Position numbers and translations under genes: made by a program. A stretch of 56,109 nt of DNA, counting the filler, from Sphacelaria rigidula (lineage: Eukaryota), in NCBI GenBank assembly GCA_964200075.2. It is 5 parts of 5 records of this genome, joined end to end, with 100 filler letters (N's around TTAATTAATTAA, not from the genome) between each part and the next. Parts side by side here need not be neighbours in the genome. Positions count along the whole stretch, not along the records: positions 22,486 to 33,627 come from CAXNAA020005332.1; positions 33,728 to 44,868 come from CAXNAA020005333.1; 3 more parts are not named here. One strand, given 5' to 3'. Each line of letters opens with the position of its first letter. Within the stretch, counting starts at the first letter, position 1. Positions 24,388 to 37,299 of the stretch are shown here, one piece after another. The notes beneath the pieces are model-generated. The model was not told the DNA's origin. It saw only the letters and a list, made by a program, of their open reading frames with translations, and did no database searches.

Positions 24388-27300
24388 CTCTCTAACCTCG
24401 ATCTTGCGGCGGGCGAAGAACCCATGAACCGGAAAACGGGGGTCCGCATTGTTTGCTACCAGCTTACGCACTTCCACGTTCGCGTTACAGCAGGTATGGT
24501 TGAACAGTGCGGCTACGCCCCGGTACCTGAGTTCAGCAGCAGCAAGCAGCGAGCAGAAACGATGCGATTTTCGGTCATGTCGGGGAAAATGGCGTTACGA
24601 TTGGTTTTGCATTTCCCGCCCAAAGTACGAATATCGAACTTCCTCATACGGTACAAGTCATTGTCTATTTCGGTGCTAGTATTTCCATCCACAGACCCAA
24701 GAAAACCAGTACAGGTCACGCCGTCATTGTCCACTTTCCATCGCATGGTTCAAATAGTGGCCATAAGATTCAGATCCTTTGAGTGCTTCACAGTCTCAAG
24801 TGCTGCCAGCGTGTGCGCAGCACGCCTCTTTCGCTCTGGATTGGCGCTCTAGGGCGCCGATTTGGGAGCTCTGTCACACGCACACTTCGCCAAGCACCGT
24901 GTGCACCACCTCCCTTGCCCGAGGGTTTATGCCTCGTGTGTCAAGGGTAGCGTTAGGGTTAGCTTAAGGGTTGGGGTTGGGGCAAGGGTTGAGGATAGGG
25001 TCAGGGTTAAGTTCCAGGTTACAGTTTAAAGTTAGGGTTAAGGTGGAGGTTCTGATTCTGATTCTGGTTCTGGTTCGGGTCAACAATATCCAGAAGAGGA
25101 TAGTCAACTATGGATATTTGATCATCTATTCGCATGCGCTACTGTTTCTGCTACCTCTTCGTCACTTCGTTGGTAACCTTCATGGGTTTCGAACGTGCTT
25201 GAGACAAAAGTTGCTGTCTTCCGGGTAGAAGACTCCTGTGCCTTATGTCGAGGGCAAAACTCCAGCCTACGGTATTTATTCATTTTATGCGTCTGTACTT
25301 GCTTTGGGGGGGCAGGAGACGGACACTGTACGATACTACAGTGTTTATACTCTCCCACACAGTAATGAATCGGGACGCAACCATTTCTCAGTTTTTGCGT
25401 TGCTCAGTAGCCTCGTTGAGCTTCCACTGTAATACTGCCGGCCATGTGACTACTACAAAAACAATATTAGCCCACCTCATCAAGGCAGGAGCTTGCCAAA
25501 CATGTTCTTCTCCTCGAGGACACTTCGATGGAGTTCATCAGTGCACAGCGCATCAACATTTCCAGACATGTACACACACAGTCACTTTCCCGCACAAATA
25601 CTTCGCGACTTCGCCAACCTCTCTCCAACACGTGACTGTGATTTCAATCCTTGGTTTGCTTCACTCTTCTAGTCCTTAACCCCTATCCCGTGGGAGAAGG
25701 CAGGCACTGCGGGGGGGAAACCACTCTCGAGTGTGCGATGCAATACGGTGTACACGAAACCACGCGTACGTGTGGTAGTATATGACACACGAAAGCGGCC
25801 ACTACAGGGGGTAAGTGTCCCTGGTGCCATACACTATGACGTACACGATAAGATACCGCCCCTACGAATAACACCCGCGAGCAATAAAACTTTCAAGGGT
25901 CGGACGAATTAATGATTCGTCTGGAAATAACTTGATAGTGTAGTTGATTCGTACCGTACGAACCGATCTTTGGACTTTGTTTTCAGGGGTGCAACCCAGG
26001 TACGCGCAGCCCAGGCACGTGCAATGGCGCAAAAAATGCGTGGAGACCTTCTTGACCGGCGGTCGACTTTTTTTTCTCTTCCAAGTAATCAGGCCTACGA
26101 AATAGTGGATTTGGTGATTCGAGCTGGCGATAATTCGTCCGAACCGTGTCTATATTGCCCTCATATTCCTATCTACGGTACTGTATAGGGGTACGTCGGA
26201 TATAGTACCTCAAGTTCAAAGTAGCACGGATTGTTCTGTTTTTTTCCTCGCGTACTACTCTTCGATAGGACTCGAAAGTGCTACTAATAGCGTCGGTAAA
26301 TGTTGGTACAATAAACAGATCGTCCTCAAAACATAGTGCCCAAGTGAGGGTTGATTGGTGTAAGCGGGCGATACGAGTAGATACCCCGTATATCAGGAGG
26401 GTGTTATCGATCGTGAATCCCAATTTCTCGGCTCTGGTGCAATGAATAGGTGGAATTGAAAAAAAAACCAGGTGTTTTTCACTTCTTCACATATACGATC
26501 CGGACAGGCTCGATCGACCGAAAATACCGAAGAGCGAGAATCTGGGGCTGAAAAGTGGTAGGACCCCCGATGACTGGTCAGTTCGTAAGCCACTTATTAT
26601 TGAACACACATGATTTTTTTTCTCAGAATGTGGAGCGGATATTAGTATATTCAGATTCCCAATCTGATGAGCGGTGGCTAGCAAAAGAACCTAAAAAATC
26701 GCCAATCATATTTTACGAAAAAATCACCACATATCCTACTTTGAAACTTGAGGTACTGTACCTCAATGACACCCATGAATAATGACTTCCGGGATCCCAA
26801 TATTTCATCACTCGGGGGTCATATACGCCACATTCTACAATGGGTGGCGGTCTACATCACCGATACGTAGCACATCCCCTACACCCCCCCGAAAATCTCC
26901 CTCGGGTGGCAAGATTTCGGCTGTCTTTGGCGCGATGCCGACATAGACAGCACTGTAAAGGGCCATGTGGATGTAGTGCAGCACCTACTCCCGTAAATAA
27001 CCCCGCCAGCTGATAATTTTGGCAGGGTTGTGTTCCCAAGAAAAAATATACGTCATCCTGCAATATTTATGCGGTCGACAGGTCTGCGTTTTGTAGTTGG
27101 CGTACTAGTGTGGCGTGTGGTCAGCTCTTCTGTTCCGGGGGACGGGACGGGGTCATCGGTCGGTTCGGTCCACTAGAGGTGACAATATATACTGAAACAA
27201 AAAAATCCCACCGTACAGTAGCAAACCTAAGAACTGTAAAACGGTAGTCACAGACACTTTTCAACACCCCTCTCTTTGACCCTCTGTCATTCGAACTACA

Positions 27301-30300
27301 TCCATATCCTCTCCGCATACCTGTCAGCATCCACAACCAAATTTTTGGTTTGATTTTTTTTGTCCGCGTAGACGTTGAAGCAGTAACACGCCGCTCCCGA
27401 CGCTCCCAACTTCCTGTCGCGCTCTTCGTACTCAGGCTCTCGTCGCTGGTACGTAGTCTCGGGAATCAGCTGATGAGACACAAATTAATGGGAGGGGGGG
27501 AGGGGGGGGAGGTACGATTTGGAAATGACTGTAATCATTTGAGCGTCTAGAAATGGTACAGCTAGTGTTGACAAGAGACTTGAGCAAGTGACGACGATTT
27601 CGATACGACAGACGGGGCACGCTGGGAGGTCATGAAGAAGTACGGATCACCGACTTTTGCAAGTCTCATCTCGGAGTAGTATTTTCCGCCACCAAATCAG
27701 TGCATTATCGTCGTGCGTAAGTGACCATAAGAACAAGTACGTACGGGAACAATGGTCCCCGATCTGAGCAAAAAAACGAGATAGTTGAATCTTTTGTCGA
27801 CATATTGTTTCCCGACGCTCATTGCAAAATATACTGAAAGTGTCTTTCATCTCAGCAATTTTCGCCTACAAATAGTCGTTGTCCACACGTCTCAATCCAG
27901 GGACCCCTATCAGCACATGGAATACGACACCCTTTTGGAGTCGGACCCCTTCGGATGGACCCGAGGAGAACCCTGAGAGAAATGACAAGAGCTGTTTGTT
28001 TCCGGTGAACAGAACTACGCGAGTCCGGCGCTGGGAACTGAGGAGGCACGTTGTCACTGGAGATAGTGATGGCGAACGGAGAGGATCTGCTTAGCGATAG
28101 CGCCAGGTATACACAGGCGTCAACCCTTCAAGCGCCCACAGAAGGGAAAAACGAGCCTGGCTGTCACACCCCGACTGAGCACTATGTCAGTTCAATAGAT
28201 GGGTATACACCTAGGCCGTCACCGGGCTGTAGTTCAGCAGGTGATACTATTGCGAAAGGAGGGCTGGTGTTCAACGGGTTAATGACCACACACTGGACAA
28301 TATAATCAACTGTAAAAAATTGTACTGTGTACAGTATCCACTATTGCGCCTATTGCAACAGACAATATATTCCATACTGCACGCAGTACACCATTTTAAA
28401 AATAGAATCTGTTGTCCATGGTGTGAAAACCGCAACAGATGCATGGATCATGAACGTCAGTGGAGGCGCGAGCTGATGATGACAAGAATGCAACGGACGA
28501 TGACGAGAATGCAATGGAGGATGACAACGATACGCCAGAGAATAACAACAGCGCAATGAAGATGACAACAACACACGCAACACAGAATAACAACAATGCG
28601 AAGCACATCACAAGATAACAACAGCACGCCATGGAGGGTGGTAACATCGCAATGGAGGGTGGTAACATCGCAATGGAAGATGACAGTAGCAATACAATGG
28701 AGGATGACGATAATCCAGTGGAAGACAACAACAGTACAACGAATGACAACAACAAAAGAGCGTACCTCCCCGGCGTAGGTGCATATATATGTGCCCTGTT
28801 CTATGGTTTTCGTAGCTCGCACCCCCCAGCCCTTGGTAGCTGTCTTGAACACTTCCAGCGGTGCCATTACTCCTCTCTGTGAAGAAATGCAACGGAGTGT
28901 ACGAAAGCAAGAAATCCAAAAAGCGAAAACCCAAGCGCGACGGCATGGGAAAAAGCACAGCAACAGACAAGGAATAATGGTTTGACCTTGGTGAAGCCAG
29001 TGGATGTGACACGTGCAGTGGGGCCCAACAACAACAATAACAACAACAACAACAACAACAACGTAAAACATTGTCGACAGATTGAGCGTTTAGGATTTGA
29101 TTAACAACGAAATTTTTAGCCGTTTGCGGAAGTGACATCATATTCACTTGAACAGTTACTGGGTTACCCTGAGTTGTAAACCTGAGGATCAAGGGGTCAA
29201 CATTCCGAGGGGCTAGTCGTTGGATGTATAATCCGAAAGCGAACAAACGCCGATATACGACTCTTTGGAATCGCGATGGGTCAATACCCTACGCTCGTAT
29301 TCATCGTATCAATCGGAAGAATATTTTTGGAAAGCATGGCACTATGCACGGTGGGCAATCATAACCTGCTCAACGTACGGCGGCGCATCATTAATCAGAG
29401 GAATGTTCCGATGGTTGGTATGCTCATAAACTCCCTTTTTTCATTGTTAGTTCAACAAAACGAACCGTTCCCCATTGTCACTCGTCAGCGTTTCATCCAT
29501 TCACAGAAACACATGCAAACATCGTGTTCCTACTAAAAACTAACTCTCAGTCAGAAGCTACACTCTCAACCTGGCGAACATTCAAACAGTAACCAAACAT
29601 AAATAACAACAACAGTAACACCAGCGGCAGCAGTAGTGGTGACAAGCAACAGGCAACGAGCAACAGGCAAACAGCAACAAGCGAAAAATTACACCCGAAC
29701 CCCTTCACCACTAGGGTAGGCGATCTCCTGAATCAGCATCACTCACACCTGAAAAAAAAAATGGTACATGATACCGATGCAATAGGTCGCCTACCCTATA
29801 GGCCAACGGGTTCACACCCTGGACGAAACATTCTATAGTAAAAAAATGTACTGCGCACAGCTTGGAATCTATTGTCTGTCGCAATAGGCGCAAATAGTCG
29901 ATACTGTACACAGTACACTGTTTGAGTGTGTATTCTATGGTCGTTATCCAGGATGTGAACGGGTTACCAGTCAACAGCCAAATGAAAGACACACAACTAG
30001 TCGATCGCGAACATACAAAGCCAAGGCAATAGTGGTTAACGACACCAGTGTAGCACATAGGTCAGGACCACAAAACAGGGCAGGGGGGTACGCAATGACC
30101 AATGACAAAACTCATACACAGCGACAACTAGTTCAAGTGGTATTCTTGCCTGAGACGCCCTTAATCCGCAGTCCTGGAAGCCTTTCAAAGACTTGCCGCC
30201 GCTAACCCTCAAACGCTCTGCGCAAGGGCATCGATAGTTGCACTCGTAGGCGCGACTGCATAGGCAAGAAACAGAAAAGAAAGAAAGAAAACGAACGTAT

Positions 30301-30479
30301 GATGAAATTCAGATTTCAATTTTTCACTTTACAGGGAAAAAAAAAATATATATATATATATATGTATGAACCAAAGAAAATAACGAATACCCGACAAAAG
30401 ATCAACCAGCTCTTTTCTTTCTATACGCGTCTACTCTATCGCCCAAGTCTCGTACAAAGTATTGTTACTACTAGTGTGG

Positions 30480-30510
<31 letters not shown>

Positions 30511-31516
30511 AATTTATTACTATTATTGCAATTATCACTGTTATTATTACCACTATCATCATCACTGTCATTATCACTATCATTTTAATCACCATCATCA
30601 TCATCATTTTCAGGGGTATACAACTTACACACGTGACGCATTTGAAAAAAATGGGAAAAAGGTAACTTCGGGTCATTTAACGCTACGTGAGGTTTGATTT
30701 TTTGGACGGGACAAATGTAACGTGACGTGTTGTAACGTGTGGACCTTGAAGCAGTGTCTCTTGGGATTTTCCAGGTGTAAAGGAAGGTTGTTTTTGCGAA
30801 ATCTTACCGTGACACGTGAAACGTTACAAATCCACGAGAACAAGCAGAGTTTTCGTCATATTTGGAAAGTAAAACGCTACGTGAGGGGTTAATTCGAAAA
30901 ACCACACGTTACATCACGTTACGTTACATTTGTGCCATCGAAAAAATCAAACCTTACGTAGCGTTAAATGACCCGAAGGTACGTTTTTTTCGAATGTGTC
31001 ACGTTGAAGCGTCACGTGTAACGTGTAGACCCCTGGTTATCATCATCACCATCATTATCATCATCATTATCGCTATCATCATCACTATTATAACAATAAT
31101 GATTATTAATCACCCTAACCTTAACCCTAACCCGAAAGCCTGAAACCCAAAAGAGAAGGAGGAGGATACGGACCCTTCGATAGCCAATAATATCGTCCCC
31201 TTCAAACCGTGTGTGAAAAAATTGGCTCCACCGTAACAGTATAACGTTCTGTATCTTCCTTTGTCTCCGTCTCTAAGCATCTCCATCATCGAAAAACCGC
31301 TCCTACTCTCCAAGATTGATCACCCCCAGACACGACGACTACACATCGCCCTCACCCATGCTCAGCGCCGCGCGTAACATGAGCGCACTTGACCACATCG
31401 CAGCCTCCCTTGTGTCCCCCGACCCCACCGATGTGAAACGCTAACGACGCCAGCGGAGTTCCCATGCTGCCACCGACTGCCGAGCCCCCGACGCCCCTCG
31501 CTCCAATCGGCGCTCC
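24388..31516 (-). CDS. Pre-SET/SET-domain histone lysine methyltransferase (Suv39/G9a/SETDB-like), partial; exons 31516-31356, 30255-30150, 28876-28766, 27469-27321, 24526-24388
   Basis: Phase-consistent splicing gives ...CDVVKCAHVTRGAEHG-RAYECNYRCPC...DCGLRASQ-RGVMAPLEVFKTATKGWGVRATKTIEQGTYICTYAGE-LIPETTY...CYCFNVY...LVVDADR-YRGVAALFNHTCCNANVEVRKLVANNADPRFPVHGFFARRKIEVRE. This contains the pre-SET YECNxxCxC motif and the SET motifs KGWGV, YxGE, VDA and NHxC. 5' exons and the ELxxDY/post-SET exon were not identified. Confidence 0.9.
24950..25045 (+). repeat. Degenerate telomere-like (TTAGGG) tract within a family-A-related repeat
   Basis: gttagggttagcttaagggttggggtt...gttagggttaagg, preceded by ccttgcccgagggt as in MITE A. 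Confidence 0.6.
25891..26148. mobile_element. MITE family B, copy 3 (intronic)
   Basis: Starts tttcaagggtcggacgaatt and aligns with 7825-8090. Confidence 0.7.
28272..28430. mobile_element. Small MITE; inverted homologue of 29805-29966
   Basis: Shared core ctattgcgcctattgcaacagacaata / tattgtctgtcgcaataggcgcaaatag, with termini of the cacaccctgga / tccaggatgtgaa type. Confidence 0.6.
28480..28755. repeat. Degenerate ~21-bp minisatellite (caatggaggatgacaacaata-like), intronic
   Basis: Repeated caatggagg(a/g)tg units next to the SET exon. Confidence 0.7.
29805..29966. mobile_element. Small MITE with TIRs
   Basis: gttcacaccctgga pairs with tccaggatgtgaac. Homologous to 28272-28430. Confidence 0.6.
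30611..31035. mobile_element. MITE with long imperfect TIRs (CAGGGG termini, hAT-like) inside an (ATC)n-rich tract
   Basis: caggggtataca / tgtagacccctg. Inner arms cttcgggtcatttaacgctacgtgaggtttgattttt / aaaaaatcaaaccttacgtagcgttaaatgacccgaag. Confidence 0.75.
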
Positions 31517-31985
31517 CTGCCGTGGGGAGTTTGATTCGCGGCATCGTCCCGAGCAACAAGCCGTGGACAGTCAAAAGTGCATCACTAGTTGGCAAAAAAA
31601 TAAAATAAGGATTAGTGCGTGTATGTGCGTTTACAATAAGGGACCTCTACTTCCATAATTTATGGTGTGTGTGTGCGCGTGCGTCTACAGTTCGGGCGTT
31701 GTGCTTCCATGATTTATCGTAGGTTTTACGCGTGAGTCAGACGGCATTATCGACGCCCCGTCGATGCCGTCCCTTGCAGGAAGAGGCTGTGTTGTGTGCG
31801 CAACGAGCTCAACCCCGGAGGAAGTCGTGATCGCGATCATAGGGTACGCACAGTAGTACTAAAGTGGAGCATAGATTTGCCATCGGGAAAAATGACAGCA
31901 GCACCGTTGTTCATCCGGCTGGATTTCTCGGAGCATTATCTTCATGTTCTTTTCTCTCTTTCCCCCCTCGTTTTTCCTTTTTCCA

Positions 31986-32022
<37 letters not shown>

Positions 32023-33418
32023 ATAAGTTGTAATGTTCTTCTTTATTTTTGCCGTGAAGTGCGACGCAGGTTGGTGATGGGTGTACGTGTGGGACGTTGC
32101 TCGGACCAGCTCGCACCGATTTCGGTATATCCCTCGCAGTCGACCTCTGTGGTCACACGCAGGAGCATAAATGAGAACATGCAGTCGAGGACTTTGGGAA
32201 TTGTCGCTGAGCTGCTTTTGTATCATCCAAACTACACAAAACAGTACAACAGTACGGGTGCACAAAAACCATCAACTCCTACCAAGCGTCCACTTCTACA
32301 TGTACATATAAGTATGTATATTGTGTCACAACAACTTGATCCCAGTACCCACCTTTGTTGGTCATGACAAATTGAACGCGATTTCATCGAAAGGCGGCAT
32401 TGAAAGGGACGAAGAGGACCATAGAGCAGAGACTCGACAGTAACTTTGGGATCTGGATACGTATGCGCCTGTCCTGCGTTCCTCAGCATTTTGAACCGGT
32501 CCTACTCGTTTGAAACATGTCACTTCGTAACACCGTGGACGAAAACCCACCATATCGGAAAGTATAAAATCGGATTACAATATGAAGGTAGATTTCGATG
32601 TTGACCTTGATCCTTGATTTCGTCAATACATCAAGACGCGCCCTGATTCTTCCGTGCAGTGCCTTATATGTAGCCGCTGATGAAAACAACAGTCCGAACG
32701 TAGGGTCAGAACACCAGCAAATGCAGACAACAGTGCAGAGCGGACGGTTCAAGACAACGTGGCATGCAGTCCTCACACACCCGACTCATGCTTACAAGCG
32801 TGCCCGCACTGCCCCTAAAGCATCGAGACTGTAAAAGTATAAACCGCCAAGACAGCACGTTCACGTACATCGAAGCAGTAGTATAAGTGGTAGCCTCCTA
32901 GCGTGCATCACTTGCACAGAGGGAGCAAGAAAAACACATTTACTGCCCCCCAAAATAAATGGACGCCTCTGCAAATACCGGTCAGGGGTTCTCCTGCACT
33001 CACTTCCATCAAGGACATCTCAACATCAATTTGTTCCTGTTCCTCTGAAGCCAAATGGACGATAGTTCATCTCACAGCAGAGAGTGTACGGGAACCTTCT
33101 TGCAGTCGAACGATTGGCCCTTTGACTGCACGTAGCTGCTGGGTACACCCACCGCATTGTCAGATACAACAGGGTACTCTGCGAGGCTCTTGTTTCCTGC
33201 GGTATTATTCGGCCCCAAATCACGCCCTTTTTTCGCGAGAGTTGGGGTACATGCTCTGCATGGGCTGTGGGCAAAAGCGGGGTTGTTTTCGAGTGCTTGA
33301 GCCTAGCACGGACAGCTCCAACTTGCGCCTTCACCTGTACCCACTAGTGGGCTGAAATAGGTGGTGATCTACTCACTTTGGACCTTTTTATTTTTATTTT
33401 ATTTATATTTGTCGCAAT

Positions 33419-33543
33419 TTGAACTCCTCCTCGTCCTCGGGACGAGTCCGTGGTCTCAAGGGATCAACCCATCTCTCCCCAGTATGCTCCGTTTCGAAAG
33501 GGATGCGTGGTCAATGGTCAAACGACTAGGGCAACAAATAAAT

Positions 33544-33587
<44 letters not shown>

Positions 33588-33590
33588 ACC
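33419..33590. mobile_element. SINE A 3' portion (minus) joined to poly-C-tailed element copy 3 (plus)
   Basis: SINE A body ...ggtctcaagggatcaacccatctctcccc, then agta, then tgctccgtttcgaaagggatgcg...aaatac(C)n. Confidence 0.75.
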
Positions 33591-33627
33591 CGACAGGACC
33601 CCCGACCACTCAGCACACCACCACCAC

Positions 33628-33727
33628 NNNNNNNNNNNNNNNNNNNNNNNNNNNNNNNNNNNNNNNNNNNNTTAATTAATTAANNNNNNNNNNNNNNNNN
33701 NNNNNNNNNNNNNNNNNNNNNNNNNNN
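33628..33727. other. Artificial scaffold spacer
   Basis: 44 N + TTAATTAATTAA + 44 N. Confidence 0.97.
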
Positions 33728-34046
33728 CTGCTCTTGTGAAAGCTCAACGACTCGGGACCGCAGCGCGTGTGGCTCCACACTTCGAGTTGATCACTGAGAC
33801 TACACTACAGCATTCAGACCTAGGTGAGAGCTGTTGGCGTGTACAAGGCATATTCCCAATACCACAACATCACGCCGGGAGCACGCAACATGCTCTCCAT
33901 ACTCTGCATCCAGAGCATAGAGCAGCCCCTGTCTATTGCTTACGGCTGTCCAAGCAGTGTTGCGTACCCTCCGCCCCGCACAGTATGAATACGCACCATC
34001 GCTGCCCCTTTTTCCTCATGAAACAACATGAGCGACAGAAGATCGA

Positions 34047-34373
34047 CCACGGGTGTCCATTTGCTAAATAATTCGATTGCAGCATTATTTTCTTGAAAAT
34101 CCCGATCAGGTTCACATATCGACTCGCGCGGGTGCTCAAAAGGCCAATATAGGAAATACGTGTAGAGTTCAAAGGGATCCGTGTTTCATGGCCTCGCTTA
34201 TCTTGTGTTTGGCTATACATATATATGCCTTTGAAACAGCGTCAAAATGAAGCTGCGAAAAGAGGCATACCCGAGAAAAATGAAACTACTGAAAAGGCGC
34301 ACCCGACGAAAATGAAGCTGCTGAGAAGGCATATACCCGAGGAAAATAGAATTGCTGAAGGGACACACCCGTG
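34047..34373. mobile_element. Probable MITE with four subterminal ~32-bp tandem repeats
   Basis: ccacgggtgt / acacccgtgg termini. aaaatgaagctgctgaaaaggcatacccgag-like units at 34245-34373. Confidence 0.5.
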
Positions 34374-34640
34374 GAGTTCACTCGCCTGCGAGACGCGCTC
34401 GCGGAGTAAATGTTGGTTTGTGTTTCCTTCTTCCGTCAAGAAAAAAACGAAAACGTAAAATTCCGACAAGCGACATCGATCCGTGCTCGAGTAACCTCGA
34501 GACGTTCTTTGTTTCTGCGTCCCTCGATCACCAAGGTGAGGCATTTACGTCCAGAGCCGCATCTCGAGTTCAACTCCCCATCCAACGAACCACCCGCCCT
34601 GCCAGGCAGCTCGAGAGATACTCCATCGATTGATTGCCTG

Positions 34641-34847
34641 TAATACGTGGGAAGATCGCGTGCCTAAGGGACCGCATCGGAATTCAAACATCCCCATGGT
34701 TGGAATTGGAGTAAGGGTTGGTGTTGGGATTAGGATTAGGGGTGTGGTCCTTGCATGGACTGGCCCAACTGGTGGTGAACAACGTCGATCATGACGTGGT
34801 TTCAACTACGATGCGACCCTGTAAGCACGCGGTCCTCCCGCGCATTA
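34641..34847. mobile_element. MITE with ~38-bp TIRs, TA ends and an internal telomere-like tract
   Basis: taatacgtgggaagatcgcgtgcctaagggaccgcatcg / cgatgcgaccctgtaagcacgcggtcctcccgcgcatta, with internal gggttggtgttgggattaggattaggg. Confidence 0.65.
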
Positions 34848-36007
34848 GTCTCTCCTACAGTTACGGGTCGGAGCGGAGAACCTTATGTTGTAAATATTGG
34901 TGGCTCGTGGCGTTTGGTACTGTTCTCGAAACAGACCGACTACTGTCGCGGAGACAGTAGTTTAGCAAAGGTTGCACAGTGGTAGTCAAACCACTTGCTT
35001 CTGCAGCAGACAGAAAGTCCGCAGACAAAAATGATGTTTGGAGCTCTTCACTTCGGCCGAACAAAATCAAGGCAGTCTCTTCTTAAAGCAGAGAGCTGAA
35101 GGTAGTGGAGGAGAGCTGGGTAAGCTTGGTAAGCTTGGGAGAGTGATTGCAAGGGCGATAGACCACCGCTTACAACCATGCTCCATCCTGGAAGAAGAAT
35201 CCAACACTCTACACGTACGTAAGGTCTAATCGTATCATTCAGTTCAACCTCGCTATTGCTGACGCGGTAGCCTTGCTAGCTTAGATTAACTGCGAAGTTG
35301 CACACAAGATATCCTGTAGCTTACGTGGCCTAAATACTCTGCTAGAGTATCTTTCCTTGACAAATCATGGCAACACGCCTACTGTAGCAGTGTCCTACCT
35401 GAAACGTCATTCACACAGGTATACTATAAATCAAAACAAAAGAGGTACTCTCTGTGAAAAGGACCCCAATGAAACGGTCTGACGTGGTTCGTTGTTTCCT
35501 TGAAACGCAACAGGTTGTACCGCTATCTTTTGTTGCAACAATTCTATTCAAACATAATGAATATAGACTACATCGTCTAGATTTTTCCAACACCTCCCCG
35601 TGAATGAGACATGTTGCTACCAAAAGTAGTAGTGTACTCAACGCACTAAGTATAGTAGTGAGTAATGCAGTCAGACGAAAAAATACAACGTACAAAACTG
35701 TTGTACCATTCCTCGTTTTATACGGTACTGTCATGTTTTCGACAAATGCCAGCAGTCCAAACAAATTAGACCTGAAAAATTCCACCCGCGTGCACACGTA
35801 TGTGTGTGCGATTTTCGCATAGGCATCAAATTTCATGAGCCCTGTAGAAACAAATTCCTTGAACGTGTTTTTAGAAAGAACGAAAAATAACAGTATGCAA
35901 CACATCATCCCGAAAATTTTGTGAACCGTACAGTCACATGCGGCATCAGATGCCCTATATTTTGTTCTGCTGTTGTTTGACTGTGTCCTCACGCTGTCGT
36001 TGATCAC

Positions 36008-36080
36008 GGCTGGTGTGCCCAAATATATATATACCGAAAAGCGTAGACCGGCGTCCAGAATTGATGGGACGACAACACAT
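36008..36080 (+). mobile_element. SINE family B 3' fragment
   Basis: ggctggtgtgccc...ataccgaaaagcgtagaccggcgtccagaattgatgggacgacaacac. Confidence 0.65.
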
Positions 36081-37299
36081 ACCCTTTGAAATTAACGAAT
36101 CGAACATCGTCCCCACAAAATATCAAGTCGCAAGGTTGCTACTTGACGCGAGAAGAGTTGAACCACAGAGGTCACTGCATGCACTTGTGTTTTATCCAGC
36201 TCATGTCCCCTGGAATTGGTTTGGCATATCACATATGCCCTCAATAAAGGCAAAATAAACCATGTACAGAAAACGTTTTACGCAACACATACATGCGGTT
36301 TACTGTACTGTCCTGCAATGCACGACAATCATACGGTGTGCACAGGTATTTATCACCTGATTACCCAAAACCAATCATGCCTACCAACATCTACGTAAAA
36401 TAGCAAGCAAAACAAAAACATATTACACACTTTACTGGTGTGTCCTCGCTGTGTTACATTTTTCTCTCCAACGCTTGTGGGCGGAATTGTGACATAGCTA
36501 CTGCATGCTCGACTTCAAAACATACGGGGGTAGTGCGGAATCGAAAACTTCTGTAAAAAGGTTGATGAACAAATTCACCCGTGTACGGTACAATACTCGC
36601 GGTAGACTATTTTCAAATAAGACAAGGTCCTGCATACAGACCAGTGCAGTAATATAAACACAGTACCCAAACTTCAAATCAATTACCACGCTTGCCAACG
36701 ATGCGCTACGCTGTACAGTACAACCGATCAATTTTTCCTCGAATAATTTTCTCGGAGAATTCCTGGTACTGGGTACAGTCAAATAAAGGATATACGTACC
36801 ACGTAATAGATAGCCTCATGCACCGGGTGCGTTGTCGGGGGAAGTTGTAGGCCTGTCGTGGCCAGTTGAGACCAGATATCTTTTATATAATTAGTGTACC
36901 CATATTTGCCTACTCTCATATATCACACATATGCTGAAACCACCATCGAATTAGATCCGACACATAATGCCGCACACCAACTCACGAACACATACCGAAA
37001 CCACTGAATGAAGTGGGGTACTAATACCTGGGAAAAACGCTCATACAATGACATGTCACAATCCCAGATTTTCGGCACGCGAAAAGGCGTGTGCCGCCCC
37101 AGCAGATATGCACTACAACCACTACATAGGGTATACCTTAAATAACAGAATGATCTCTTATTCGTATTTCCCCTGCACGTCATGATCCAATCTCCATATC
37201 TATTTCCTTCGTATCCAGGCAGATCCTGGAGCGTAAGTATGTCGATTACCCCGGTGACCGCCTGGTCCACAACCGCCCAGTACGAACCACATCGAAGTA

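Noticed and set aside
28396-29246. Long overlapping ORFs (204 aa, 212 aa) around the SET exon
   Set aside because: Only 28766-28876 is SET-like. The rest is intronic microsatellite and minisatellite read-through.
32350-33350. Possible upstream SET exons
   Set aside because: Splice-like sites exist, but no frame gives recognisable pre-SET homology or an unambiguous phase match.
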